Part shown: positions 20,859-30,879 of the stretch, piece by piece | Layout of the letters: the number at the start of each line of letters is the position of its first letter | How positions within the stretch are numbered: the first letter of the stretch is position 1 | Origin: an uncultured bacterium | Lineage (GTDB): Bacteria; Babelota; Babeliae; Babelales; Vermiphilaceae | Assembly: GCA_963695335.1 (NCBI GenBank) | Contig: OY968764.1 | Location: 800,001-864,000, forward strand | Reading direction: 5' to 3' | Length of the DNA: 64,000 nucleotides | Position numbers and translations under genes: made by a program | The notes under the pieces: generated by a model | Database searches by the model: none | Told to the model about the DNA's origin: nothing | The model's input: the letters and a program-made list of their open reading frames with translations, nothing else

Positions 20859-22202
20859 ATGAATAATAAAAATCTGTTGTTACTTATTTTGATGTTTGTG
20901 AATACAGCATCTGCTATGAAGCGTAAAGGTGAGCCACATCGCTGTGAGACTTATGAAAAAAGAAATGAGCTTATTTCGTTTAAATCATTACAAGGTTTTC
21001 CTTTAATAAGTTTGGATAATGGGCAAAAATGGGCAGAAAGATTGTCGGAAACAGAGTTGAAAAAAGTACGTAAACAGATTATGTGGCAAAAAGATGAGCG
21101 GCTTACAGCTTTGTTGCATATGATTGAGCTACCACAAGAGCTACAAAGGCTTATAGCAGCGCATATTTTTGAAGGCTATAAAAAAGTTACCAATCGATCA
21201 AATCCGCTAGAGGTACATATTTTTGACCTTTGTAAAAAAGTTATTAATCTATCAAATCTGCAGGTTTTTGCTGAATATAAAAATGCTGCAGATTTGTTTT
21301 GTACAATGCCTTTATGTGATGTTCTTGATCAATATGATTTATCAATGCAAATATTTCAAGATCCAGAAAAATATAGTGTTAAACCAAATCTTCTTCCATT
21401 GCATCTGATTTTTGAATATGCGCGTGATATCAAGGTGAATCATAATATTCAGGAACGTAAATGCAATATTTGTTCTCAACAAGAGTTGGAGAGCGTGGCA
21501 CGGGTTATGAATGTATTTGGTAAGTATGTTGATCATTATGATTGTCGATATCAATTTTATGATCAACCAATTATGACCATCAATAATTTTAAAAAGCAAT
21601 GGAATGGAGATCAGTTTTGTTTATTACTAGTTTTTTTAGCGACGTATGTGCTTTCAACTTTTCCTGATGGATGCGATTATGTCCTTAATCAAGATAATAT
21701 TGAATTCAATAAGGTGGTATATGAGTTTAATCAAGACCTGAGTCTTTTAGTTCAGAAAACAGGACGCAAATCTTTTTGGGAATCACGTGTTAAAGGGTTG
21801 GATCCGCATGATTGCTTTATAAATGATTTTGGGGCTTGTAAAATTTCTGCTGGAATTGTGATGGCGACCGTGGTTCTCTATTATTGCCATCGGTATCATG
21901 AGTATTGGAGAACAAGTGCTATAGCGATAAGGGAGAGATATTCGCTGAGATTCACCGGAGCTCTTGTGGGATGCTTGGCTTGGGGCACTCTTATTGGATG
22001 GAAAGCTTCATTTTCTATGTTGCTGTACCTTTCATCATGTTTTCCAGGAGGATCTTTTGTTGGCACTGGTTGTATGGCGCTTGTTTATGCAATGGCGTGT
22101 AGTGGTTATAACATACATAAAATGAATCGGTTGCAAGAAGGCTGTGTTTGGCGGCAACATATTCCTGAGTTATTGCAACGTACTGATATTCAAATAATTT
22201 AA
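20859..22202 (+). CDS. Secreted/membrane paralog with F-box-like motif
   Basis: Tandem paralog of 19615; ELPQELQRLIAAHIF; ends LLQRTDIQII. Confidence 0.65.
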   Translation: MNNKNLLLLILMFVNTASAMKRKGEPHRCETYEKRNELISFKSLQGFPLISLDNGQKWAERLSETELKKVRKQIMWQKDERLTALLHMIELPQELQRLIAAHIFEGYKKVTNRSNPLEVHIFDLCKKVINLSNLQVFAEYKNAADLFCTMPLCDVLDQYDLSMQIFQDPEKYSVKPNLLPLHLIFEYARDIKVNHNIQERKCNICSQQELESVARVMNVFGKYVDHYDCRYQFYDQPIMTINNFKKQWNGDQFCLLLVFLATYVLSTFPDGCDYVLNQDNIEFNKVVYEFNQDLSLLVQKTGRKSFWESRVKGLDPHDCFINDFGACKISAGIVMATVVLYYCHRYHEYWRTSAIAIRERYSLRFTGALVGCLAWGTLIGWKASFSMLLYLSSCFPGGSFVGTGCMALVYAMACSGYNIHKMNRLQEGCVWRQHIPELLQRTDIQII

Positions 22203-22211
22203 TACTGTTTT

Positions 22212-23936
22212 CTATCCAAACGTAAATACATATGCATCGATACCTTTTGAACATTGCAGTGTTAGTGTATGTCTGCCATATTTTTCTTTTACATCAATAA
22301 TTTCATACATTTGTGGTTGATGAATTTTGATTGAAGAAACTGGTTTTCCGTCAAGGAAAACCATAATTTGTTGTGGTGTATCGGATTGCGCAACAAGATA
22401 GACATGTGTTGCGATGAAATTTAAGATGATTTCACTGGTATCTTGTTCGCTATGAATATGATCAGGTGCAATGGTCCAGGTGCCTGTTAGGCCAACTTGA
22501 TCATTGCCAAGAGGTTGTGTTGGATATGATTGTTTGCCACGTTCAGAGCCAAGGTAAGTTTCTTGAGTGATGTGTTGTCCTTCGACAGCTTCCGACTTCG
22601 CCAAGGCTTCGTCGGACACGGCAGGACGAGCGGGGGATGGGGTAGGTTTTTTCTCGATAGAAGGCATGTTGAGCAATGCACGGATTGCATTTTCCATTTC
22701 TACGTAATCACCTTCACCAAAATGTGTTTTGACAATGTTGCCATCTTGATTAATCAGATAATGTGCAGGCCAATAATGATTATTGTATGCTTGCCATGTT
22801 TGATAATTATTATCAAGTGCCACAGGATAGGTGATATTAAATCTTTTAACAGCATCTTCTACATGTTGTTTATTTTTTTCAAAAGCAAATTCTGGTGTAT
22901 GAATACCGATGATTTCTAAACCTTTATCTTTGTATTCTTTGTACCATTCAGTAACATGTGGTAATGTGCGAACGCAATTGATACATGAATATGTCCAAAA
23001 ATCGAGAAGTACAACTTTTCCCTTGAGTTGTGCAAGCGTGAGTGGTTTTGAATTAATCCAATCAGTGATGCCAACAAGTTCAGGAGCTTGACGTTCGCTT
23101 TCAGAGCGAACGTAATTTGATTTTTTGAGCATAGTAAGTTCCTTTTGTAGTTTGCTACTGTTTTCGATAGTAATGGAGGGGAATAGGTGCGCAACTTTTT
23201 CTTGGATGAATGTATCAACGTGGAATATCATCGCGAGAGCACTTACGATAATAATGATTCCAAAAATTTGTCTGATGGTATGAGTGTAAGGTGTAAGGGC
23301 AGTCGTTGATTGTATAATTTTTGTGCCACCAAAAGAGATTAATAACATTGGTATTGCTGCGCCGAGGCTATAAGAAAGTGTCATAAGTATGGTGGTAAGC
23401 GTAATTCCTTTTGTTGCAGCAATGACGGTGATGGTTGCCAAAATGGGCCCTGCACAGGGAGTCCAGATAAGACCAAGAGCAATTCCTACAATAAGGCCAG
23501 TAAAAAATTCTACGTACCCCTTGTTTTGCGGTTCAATGTTGGCAGGGGTTTGGCTTGAAGCATTTATTGGTGAGCTTGACGATGTATCGGGAACAATTTT
23601 CTTTTCGATTGAACTGCCAAGTTGCGCTATAAAACTGGTCATTATAGTAAACTTATTTTCTAACCATGGAATGATCATGGTAAGTCCAAAGAAAATTACA
23701 ATCCCGAGTGCAATAGCGCGGAAGATATCAGGAGATATGCCAGTTGCTTCTACAATTGCAGTCATTGCAAGGGTAAAGAATGAGAAGCTTGTAACAAAGC
23801 CGGCAATAATTCCAAATGGTTTAGAATGTGTTCCGTTGCTGCTTGTTGCAAGCAAAAGGGGCGCAATAGAGAGAATGCATGGTGAAAGTATGGTAATAAA
23901 ACCGGCTATAAATGCGAAGATGAGAAGTATGATCAT
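22212..23936 (-). CDS. dipZ: DipZ-type cytochrome c biogenesis protein (CcdA/DsbD TM domain + thioredoxin)
   Basis: SPCIL and WTPCAGPIL TM cysteines; DFWTYSCINC thioredoxin motif; ETYLG; ends AYVFTFG. Confidence 0.88.
   Translation of the reverse strand: MIILLIFAFIAGFITILSPCILSIAPLLLATSSNGTHSKPFGIIAGFVTSFSFFTLAMTAIVEATGISPDIFRAIALGIVIFFGLTMIIPWLENKFTIMTSFIAQLGSSIEKKIVPDTSSSSPINASSQTPANIEPQNKGYVEFFTGLIVGIALGLIWTPCAGPILATITVIAATKGITLTTILMTLSYSLGAAIPMLLISFGGTKIIQSTTALTPYTHTIRQIFGIIIIVSALAMIFHVDTFIQEKVAHLFPSITIENSSKLQKELTMLKKSNYVRSESERQAPELVGITDWINSKPLTLAQLKGKVVLLDFWTYSCINCVRTLPHVTEWYKEYKDKGLEIIGIHTPEFAFEKNKQHVEDAVKRFNITYPVALDNNYQTWQAYNNHYWPAHYLINQDGNIVKTHFGEGDYVEMENAIRALLNMPSIEKKPTPSPARPAVSDEALAKSEAVEGQHITQETYLGSERGKQSYPTQPLGNDQVGLTGTWTIAPDHIHSEQDTSEIILNFIATHVYLVAQSDTPQQIMVFLDGKPVSSIKIHQPQMYEIIDVKEKYGRHTLTLQCSKGIDAYVFTFG
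22578..22632. repeat. Family B nested in family A, in frame in dipZ
   Basis: TCCTTCGACAGCT[TCCGACTTCGCCAAGGCTTCGTCGGACACGG]CAGGACGAGCG, translated ARPAVSDEALAKSEAVEG. Confidence 0.85.
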
Positions 23937-23942
23937 ATCTAT

Positions 23943-24143
23943 TTATTTTTTAAACCATGCGTAGTGGATGAGGAAAACTGCTATAGCTGCCCAAATTATT
24001 AACATCCAAAAATTGTAATCAGTAGAAATAGTAAATCCTAAAAGCGTGATTGGTAATACATTGCTTGCTGCTAATACACCATGAAATCCTACTTTAGCAA
24101 CGGCTACGCCAGAAAAAAATTTAGCGAGTTCTCTTTTATGCAT
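23943..24143 (-). CDS. Small two-TM membrane protein
   Basis: MHKRELAKFFSG...IHYAWFKK with AAGGA upstream. Confidence 0.6.
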   Translation of the reverse strand: MHKRELAKFFSGVAVAKVGFHGVLAASNVLPITLLGFTISTDYNFWMLIIWAAIAVFLIHYAWFKK

Positions 24144-24296
24144 ATTCGATCCTTTTTTTTGAAGAAAATGTACTTTGATTACGTTATATAATGAATATGT
24201 TCCTAAAATCAATAGAATTGTTCTTTAGGACAAATTGAAAATTTTAATAAAAATGATACGATAAAGGGAGCAAGTTATTGGATTGTCAGGGGAAAA

Positions 24297-25346
24297 ATGA
24301 AAAAAATGAAGGTTGCGGTTCTTGTTTCTGGTGGAGTTGATAGCTCCGTTGCGCTGCAATTGCTCAAAAACCAGGGGCATGATGTAACCGCCTTTTATCT
24401 TAAAATTTGGCTTGAAGATGAACTTTCTTATTTGGGTGATTGCCCATGGGAAAATGATTTGAACTTTGTAAAACAGGTGTGCGATCAGCTGGAAGTTCCG
24501 CTTGAAGTGGTATCTTTGCAAAAAGAGTATAAAGATGAAGTGGTAGCCTATACTGTTGCAGAGGTTGAGGCAGGCCGCACCCCAAATCCTGATATTTTAT
24601 GTAATCAACGTATTAAATTTGGTCTTTTCTTGGATAAAATAGATGCAAGCTTTGAAAAAGTTGCTTCTGGGCATTATGCACAAAGCCGTGAAAAAGATGG
24701 CATTGTTGAACTTGTGCAATCGCCGGATCCAGTTAAAGATCAAACTTATTTTTTATCCCATTTGAGTCAACAACAGTTGCAACGTGTGATGTTCCCCATT
24801 GGCCATTTACAAAAAAGTGAAGTGCGTGCATTAGCGCATGAATTTAATTTACCCAATAAAGATCGCAAAGATAGCCAGGGAATATGCTTTTTAGGCAAGT
24901 TTAAGTTTAGTGATTTTATTAAACATCATCTTGGTACGCAAACTGGTGCTATGATAGAAGTTGAAACCGGTAAACTCATGGGAACTCACAATGGATTCTG
25001 GTTTTATACCATTGGCCAACGGCAAGGTCTTGGGCTTGGTGGCGGACCGTGGTATGTTGTTGCAAAAGATATTGATAAAAATATCGTTTTCATTTCCCGT
25101 AATTATTATGATGATGCAAAAGAACGTAATAGTTTCAGTATCAAAAAAATTCACTGGTTGAGTGAGTTGCATTCAGGGAAAAACAATTTTGCAGTTAAAT
25201 TGCGTCACGGAGCACAGCGTTATGAATGTATTATTAACGGGCAAGTAGTGACACTTTCTGGGCGTGACCAGGGGATTGCTCCGGGGCAGTATGCAGTGTT
25301 TTATGATGGTGATGTATGTGTGGGTAGTGCGGTAATTACACAGTAG
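24297..25346 (+). CDS. mnmA: tRNA 2-thiouridylase MnmA
   Basis: SGGVDSS, TPNPD..CN..IKF, SGHYA, KDQTYFL, DSQGICF. Confidence 0.96.
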   Translation: MKKMKVAVLVSGGVDSSVALQLLKNQGHDVTAFYLKIWLEDELSYLGDCPWENDLNFVKQVCDQLEVPLEVVSLQKEYKDEVVAYTVAEVEAGRTPNPDILCNQRIKFGLFLDKIDASFEKVASGHYAQSREKDGIVELVQSPDPVKDQTYFLSHLSQQQLQRVMFPIGHLQKSEVRALAHEFNLPNKDRKDSQGICFLGKFKFSDFIKHHLGTQTGAMIEVETGKLMGTHNGFWFYTIGQRQGLGLGGGPWYVVAKDIDKNIVFISRNYYDDAKERNSFSIKKIHWLSELHSGKNNFAVKLRHGAQRYECIINGQVVTLSGRDQGIAPGQYAVFYDGDVCVGSAVITQ

Positions 25347-25350
25347 TATC

Positions 25351-25962
25351 ATGAAAAAAATTAATCTTAAAAAATTTACGCTTGCCATATTTCAGCATCT
25401 GCCTGAAACAGAAAAGCGTATCACTATTCCAACACTTTTCACGCTTTCACGCATTGTTGTTATTCCGATTATCATTGGCGCTATGATTACAAATTCATGG
25501 GGATGTGCATTTTTTTTCTTTGTTTTCGCATGTTTGACTGATGTTGTTGATGGTCTTTTGGCGCGCTATTTGAATGAGAAAACATTTCTTGGTGCATGTC
25601 TTGATCCAATAGCGGATAAACTGTTATTGATATCATGTTTTTTTACATTGGCTTTTATATCAACGCCACTGTTTTCTATTCCACGCTGGTTTGTTTTGTT
25701 TGTCGTAAGTAAAGAAGTTATTCAAATAGCTGGAGCAATTATTATTTATGCGATTCGTGGTCACCTGAATGTGCAGCCGACAATTTTGGGTAAAACAACA
25801 ACTTTTATCCAGATGCTTTTTATTATATGGCTTTTTGCATGCTACTTTTTTTGTTGGGTGCCTATTAAAACGTATTACACAATGCTTGGTATTATGATAT
25901 TTTTTATGAGTGGTACATTTATGCAATATGCACGCATTGGTTTATTTAAAACAGTAAGATAA
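25351..25962 (+). CDS. CDP-alcohol phosphatidyltransferase (PgsA-like)
   Basis: TD..DG..AR......LGA.LDPIADK signature. Confidence 0.9.
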   Translation: MKKINLKKFTLAIFQHLPETEKRITIPTLFTLSRIVVIPIIIGAMITNSWGCAFFFFVFACLTDVVDGLLARYLNEKTFLGACLDPIADKLLLISCFFTLAFISTPLFSIPRWFVLFVVSKEVIQIAGAIIIYAIRGHLNVQPTILGKTTTFIQMLFIIWLFACYFFCWVPIKTYYTMLGIMIFFMSGTFMQYARIGLFKTVR

Positions 25963-25965
25963 TTC

Positions 25966-26385
25966 ATGAAAAAATACGTTGGTTTTTTTGCCCTTATGAT
26001 TGGCATCTGTAGTGCTTGTTCTTTGGAGCAAGAGCAAGAGCTTATTATTGTTCCCAAAAATAAAAAAAAATATGTTTCAAAAGAGCAATGTATAGAGCTT
26101 AAAATAGATGCAGTTGTTGTGTTGAACGAACTTAATAGATCACTTAATAATTTGCGGCAAACCGTTGATGCTATTCAAAAAGAAGATCTGCAGATGTTGA
26201 GTGATTATGCTGATGGTGAAAAGGAATGCTTTTTCAAGCGTGCAGGTAAAGTTGGGTTGACCAATTATCATGCTAAAGAAACAAAAAAAACGCATGATTT
26301 AGAGCGATATGCACGTAAAATTAATAAAATACAGCAAGATCTTCATTTTCTCTGCATGGAAATGCAAAAAATTCAGTCTGAATAA
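25966..26385 (+). CDS. Hypothetical secreted protein or lipoprotein
   Basis: Signal peptide with Cys; coiled-coil-like. Confidence 0.55.
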   Translation: MKKYVGFFALMIGICSACSLEQEQELIIVPKNKKKYVSKEQCIELKIDAVVVLNELNRSLNNLRQTVDAIQKEDLQMLSDYADGEKECFFKRAGKVGLTNYHAKETKKTHDLERYARKINKIQQDLHFLCMEMQKIQSE

Positions 26386-26447
26386 ATCACTATCCCCATT
26401 TCTTAATTTCGGCTTTTCTGGTATAATATACTGTATAATACGTAGTT

Positions 26448-28250
26448 TTGCATGCATTTTATACAAGGAAAACAGCCGTGAATAGAGTAAGAAATTTATT
26501 ATTATTTTTATCTTTGGTCATAGTACCTTTTTGTGGTGCATCTTATGCATCTTCCCCTCTCGAATTTAAGCAGGCAGTAGCACGATATATAAAACATACA
26601 GATATTGATTGTTTGCAACATGTTCAACGCCATGTTGATGACAATGTGCCGTATAAAAAAGAGTTACGATATTTACTGAAAAACTATAATACCATTTCTA
26701 CGTCTGCTTTGCTTTCTCGTCTCCGTTCAGCTCATCAAGAAATGGTCAAGTATGAATCTGATGTTACGAGTGATGTTTATAAAAAATATGAGCAAATATC
26801 AAGCGCACTTTTATTAATTTGTGCGCAATCTTTTTTTTATGATGTGCGTAACCAAATTTTGAATGCATTGGATGAAATTGATCAGCTTATGATGTATTGG
26901 CGCTATCAGCAGCATCATCAACTGAGTTATTTTTTTAGCAAATCTCCAACCAAATGGATTATGGGAAAGTCTCAAGCAAAAGAGATTGCATATAATATTG
27001 TTCAATTAGAGCGTAAGCAGAGTGAATTATATACATTGTTGGGAGCATTAGCTGGGCATGCGCATGCGTTAACGGTTTGTAATGTTACGTATGATGAATG
27101 TTATAAGTGGGTAAATGGATTGTTGACGGTTTTATCTCATAATCATGATGCTTCTGCTGATAATGTTCAATTTGATGATATTGCAGCTCAATTAGCATTG
27201 AGAATGAAAAAGGTAGATTCATTTGCGCATGATCTTTTACGATCGCTTAATGCTGTAAGAAAATCGAGTCATTTTACGCAACATTGGATGGCATATACAG
27301 CAATGTTGGCGGCAACTGGATATGTGGCGCATTATCATGCGAATAATCCTGATGTTATACCAGCCGCAGTTCAAAGAACAGGGGCTTTTGCACAAGGCGT
27401 AGTTACGAGTGTGGTTGTTGATCCATTGACCGATCTTTATAAAGTCTTCTTTGGAATAGATGCTAAAGGAGCAGTTGATAATATAGAGAAACGCGTTGAT
27501 GAGATAGAAAAGTTAGCAAGTAATGTCAAAGCAAATGTAGCAAATATAAGTAAAGATAATGCTAAATCTTTACGGCAATATGCTGAAGATATTTTAGAGC
27601 AAACACTGACAAAAATGAATATTGCTAATAAAGATCAGATACTTTCAGATGTAGCAAATAATGATTTAGCTTCATTGAACGCATTGTGTGAAAAAACTGG
27701 CTGGTCAGCATGGACGTTTGATAATCGTCTTGATCAAGAGACTGTTCGTATTCTTTTGTTGGTGGATGAAATATTGAATTTATTGATACCATATCTTGAT
27801 TTATTAGACCAAAATATTTTGCCATTAACTCAGGAAATAGGATTGTTATTTGTTGATTTGGGGCATATCGTTGGTGATTTTATTAAAAATAATTTTTGGA
27901 CGGCTAAACTTACTGCATTTACCCCATTAGCTGCTGCATGTATTGGTACGGTTAAAACATATAAATGGGCAACAGCTCGTGATTATTCACCAATACGTAT
28001 TGCACTTGCAGATGTTAATGCTTTATTAATAGAATCGGGAACACAGCTGAATGATTATGCTTACGGGAAATTGCTGTATTTGGTATTTAAATTACGTCAT
28101 AGAGCAAGTTCATTAAAAGATCCGTTAGCGCATGAATTTTTAGCTGATGTAGCAAAACTTGAATCTAAACAGTATGGATCGGATACAAAACATAGTATTG
28201 TTGAGAACATGTTTAATAAGTATGCGTTTTTAGGACGTATTTCTGTGTAA
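26448..28250 (+). CDS. Nca2/DGS1-like membrane protein, paralog 1
   Basis: YW..........SP.KW; RKSSHFTQHW + TM; V.DPL; C-terminal IR.AL.DV..LL...YGKLLY.V..L...EFL.D...L...K..IV..M...Y; probable start at GTG 26478. Confidence 0.65.
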   Translation: MHAFYTRKTAVNRVRNLLLFLSLVIVPFCGASYASSPLEFKQAVARYIKHTDIDCLQHVQRHVDDNVPYKKELRYLLKNYNTISTSALLSRLRSAHQEMVKYESDVTSDVYKKYEQISSALLLICAQSFFYDVRNQILNALDEIDQLMMYWRYQQHHQLSYFFSKSPTKWIMGKSQAKEIAYNIVQLERKQSELYTLLGALAGHAHALTVCNVTYDECYKWVNGLLTVLSHNHDASADNVQFDDIAAQLALRMKKVDSFAHDLLRSLNAVRKSSHFTQHWMAYTAMLAATGYVAHYHANNPDVIPAAVQRTGAFAQGVVTSVVVDPLTDLYKVFFGIDAKGAVDNIEKRVDEIEKLASNVKANVANISKDNAKSLRQYAEDILEQTLTKMNIANKDQILSDVANNDLASLNALCEKTGWSAWTFDNRLDQETVRILLLVDEILNLLIPYLDLLDQNILPLTQEIGLLFVDLGHIVGDFIKNNFWTAKLTAFTPLAAACIGTVKTYKWATARDYSPIRIALADVNALLIESGTQLNDYAYGKLLYLVFKLRHRASSLKDPLAHEFLADVAKLESKQYGSDTKHSIVENMFNKYAFLGRISV

Positions 28251-28272
28251 AAAAAATGATTTGATGACGAGT

Positions 28273-28302
28273 AAAGGTGTAACTTTGAGTTGCACCTTTT
28301 TT
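28273..28302 (+). terminator. Intrinsic terminator
   Basis: AAAGGTGTAAC-TTTGA-GTTGCACCTTTTTT. Confidence 0.7.
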
Positions 28303-28318
28303 AATGAATTTTTATTCC

Positions 28319-28393
28319 GCGCTCGTCCTGAGCTTGTCGAAGGATTTCTTCGAGCGCTCGAAAGATATCCTTCGACAAGCTCAGGACGAGCGC
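28319..28393. repeat. REP-like family A, near-perfect 75-bp palindrome (intergenic reference copy)
   Basis: GCGCTCGTCCTGAGCTTGTCGAAGGAT...TCGAGCGCTCGA...ATCCTTCGACAAGCTCAGGACGAGCGC. Confidence 0.92.
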
Positions 28394-28505
28394 AGAGAGT
28401 AGTATGTTGTTTAGTGAAAGATGTTATAAGCTAGCTTGTTCAGCAGTATATTGACTATACTGCTTGTAAGATATTTTATTCTTATATAAAAAAAGGGGGG
28501 TAGTC

Positions 28506-30023
28506 GTGAAATTATATAGTAAAAGTTTATCTATTTTGTTGGTAATCATTTCTTTTTCTCTGTACACATCTCAAAGGCTACCAGTTGTTCCCATTATTTC
28601 AACCGTTCCAGAAGCAATTGTTGCGTTGCGAAAGATTATTATAAGTGTTCCAATTGATGATGCTGTAGCTTTACAAAGTTATGAAAAAGCACAAAGTAAT
28701 GCGATTGTTCAGTGTGCAAAAGTTTTATATGATGCTGCTTATGCGCAAATTTTAGATGCATTGCAAGAAATAGATGCTCGTCTTGTGTATTGGAGATACC
28801 AAAAGAATCATCCATGGAGATATTTTGTGACAAAAAACCCGGTGAAATGGGTTACGGGCGCTTCTCAGGATGTTGAGATCAATAATAATATTGAGCAATT
28901 ACAAAGCCATCAGGGAGAGCTGTATGTTCTTTTGGGACAACTTTCTGAGTATGGTAATGTGTACGATCATAAACATAAAACTTTATTCAGGAGCGATTAC
29001 GTACAAGGTTATGCGTGGGTTGATGGATTGTTGGATATATTGGTACGCATAAAAGTTTCAGTAAAAAGTTTTGATGGCATGTCAGCATTTATTGCTCGAG
29101 TAACGCTGTTAAAAGCAAAACTTGAACGCGTGCGTTTTTTCAAAAATCAGATTTTATCAGAGATGAATGATACCCAAATGCCAGCGCATCTTGAGCGTAA
29201 TTGGTTAAAGTATGGTGCTGTAGCAGCCATGTTAGGATGGGGATATCAAGCAAATGCATTGGAAAAATTATCAAATGCTTTTGCGTATGTAACAAATGGA
29301 ATGAAAGAATATGTTATTACTCCTGTGGAAAATGTGATGAAAGATGTTTTTGGTAGAAGTAATCATGATGTGAGTAATGAATTATTGGTATCTCAAGAAG
29401 AAATTACTATAGCTCAAAATACAATTGCAAAGTTTCTTTCAGATTTAGTGACTAGTGGTGATATTACTGCAGAACAAGAGAAAGTAATGCTGAGTACAAT
29501 AGAATCAGGTAAAAGTGAATCTTTATATGCATTAATGAATGAGTTGTGGGATAAGGGTCTTTTTTATAAAAGTAAATTTTTGACTTCGGGGCTTTTGTGG
29601 GGAGAGTTTAAATTTTTAATGACAGGAAAACGGTTACAAGAGAAGCTTGCAAATATTGAAAATCAGTATATTGGAATTGGTAAAATTGCAGTTTTAACAC
29701 CGACTCTTTTGAGCAGTTGGCTTGCTTATAGAGGTTATAAAGTCTTTACCGAAAAAGATTATACACCAATACGCCGAGCACTTGTTGATATTAATTCTCT
29801 TTTTGTTGATGCAACAAGACCACTCGATGATGAACAGTATGGTAAAATGTTGTATTTAATTTTTGATCTTAAAAAACGAGCAGTGATTGATGTGCCATTA
29901 ACAGATCGTGCTGATTTTATTAATGATTTAAATCGTATTGAATCAAAAGAGTTTAATGTTGCTGCTAAGCGAGCGATTGTCGATGATATGTTTAGAAAAT
30001 ATTCATTTCTGAAGTTAAGTTAA
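28506..30023 (+). CDS. Nca2/DGS1-like membrane protein, paralog 2
   Basis: Aligns with the 26448 gene (YWRYQ, LYxLLG, DYxPIRxAL, YGKxLYLxF, MFxKYxFL). Confidence 0.65.
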   Translation: MKLYSKSLSILLVIISFSLYTSQRLPVVPIISTVPEAIVALRKIIISVPIDDAVALQSYEKAQSNAIVQCAKVLYDAAYAQILDALQEIDARLVYWRYQKNHPWRYFVTKNPVKWVTGASQDVEINNNIEQLQSHQGELYVLLGQLSEYGNVYDHKHKTLFRSDYVQGYAWVDGLLDILVRIKVSVKSFDGMSAFIARVTLLKAKLERVRFFKNQILSEMNDTQMPAHLERNWLKYGAVAAMLGWGYQANALEKLSNAFAYVTNGMKEYVITPVENVMKDVFGRSNHDVSNELLVSQEEITIAQNTIAKFLSDLVTSGDITAEQEKVMLSTIESGKSESLYALMNELWDKGLFYKSKFLTSGLLWGEFKFLMTGKRLQEKLANIENQYIGIGKIAVLTPTLLSSWLAYRGYKVFTEKDYTPIRRALVDINSLFVDATRPLDDEQYGKMLYLIFDLKKRAVIDVPLTDRADFINDLNRIESKEFNVAAKRAIVDDMFRKYSFLKLS

Positions 30024-30162
30024 AGAAAAATACCGCTTAGCAAAAGATATTTTTTTGCTATTATCAGAAAAGGTGATATCGTAAAAATGGTATAACGATA
30101 TCATCTTTTTTTTGATAAAATATAAGTATTATACACATCCTAGTATTAGTGAAAGGCCAAAC

Positions 30163-30723
30163 ATGGCAGCATTTAATCGTATTATTATTGTTGGTAATTT
30201 AACCAGAGATCCTGAGTATCGCACACTTCCGTCTGGACAAGGCGTATCTCGTCTTGGATTAGCAACTAATCGTCAATTTAAAAATAAGCAAACTGGCAGC
30301 TTGGTACAAGAAGTATGCTACATCGATGTTGATGTGTGGGGAGCACAAGCAGAAAGTTGTCGTCAGTATTTGCAAAAAGGTCGTCCAGTGTTGATTGAAG
30401 GTCGTCTTAAATTAGATTCATGGGATGATCAAACAGGGCAAAAGCGCAGCAAGCATTCTATTGTTGCAGAACGTGTTGTGTTTTTATCAAATGGAGCTTC
30501 TGCTGAAGCATCATTTGGTGGATCTATGGCAGATGATGCTGACAATGGTGTTCAGCTTAACCCAAATAATCCGGTTGAACGTGATTTGCTTGCGCAATTA
30601 GAAAAAGCACAAACAAGGGTGAAAGCAACTAAAGCTGCTAAAAAAGAAGAAGCTCCTGCCCCTTCAACAGGTGAAATTGATTTTCAGGATGAGCCCCCAT
30701 TTGAAGATAACTTACCATTCTAA
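30163..30723 (+). CDS. ssb: Single-stranded DNA-binding protein
   Basis: N...I.GNLTRDPE, YL.KG..V.IEGRL, acidic tail DNLPF. Confidence 0.96.
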   Translation: MAAFNRIIIVGNLTRDPEYRTLPSGQGVSRLGLATNRQFKNKQTGSLVQEVCYIDVDVWGAQAESCRQYLQKGRPVLIEGRLKLDSWDDQTGQKRSKHSIVAERVVFLSNGASAEASFGGSMADDADNGVQLNPNNPVERDLLAQLEKAQTRVKATKAAKKEEAPAPSTGEIDFQDEPPFEDNLPF

Positions 30724-30751
30724 GTTACTTTTTTTGAGTAATTAGTATATG

Positions 30752-30778
30752 CCCCGCTCCACAAAAGCGGGGTTTTTT
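30752..30778 (+). terminator. Intrinsic terminator after ssb
   Basis: CCCCGCT-7nt-AGCGGGG-TTTTTT. Confidence 0.8.
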
Positions 30779-30879
30779 ATGTTAAGACAAATTTCTAACT
30801 GAAAATTTTCATTGACTATAAAGTCCAATATTTGTAATAATAAAAGCGAAAAGGGGCGTTGTAATAAAGAAGGATTATC

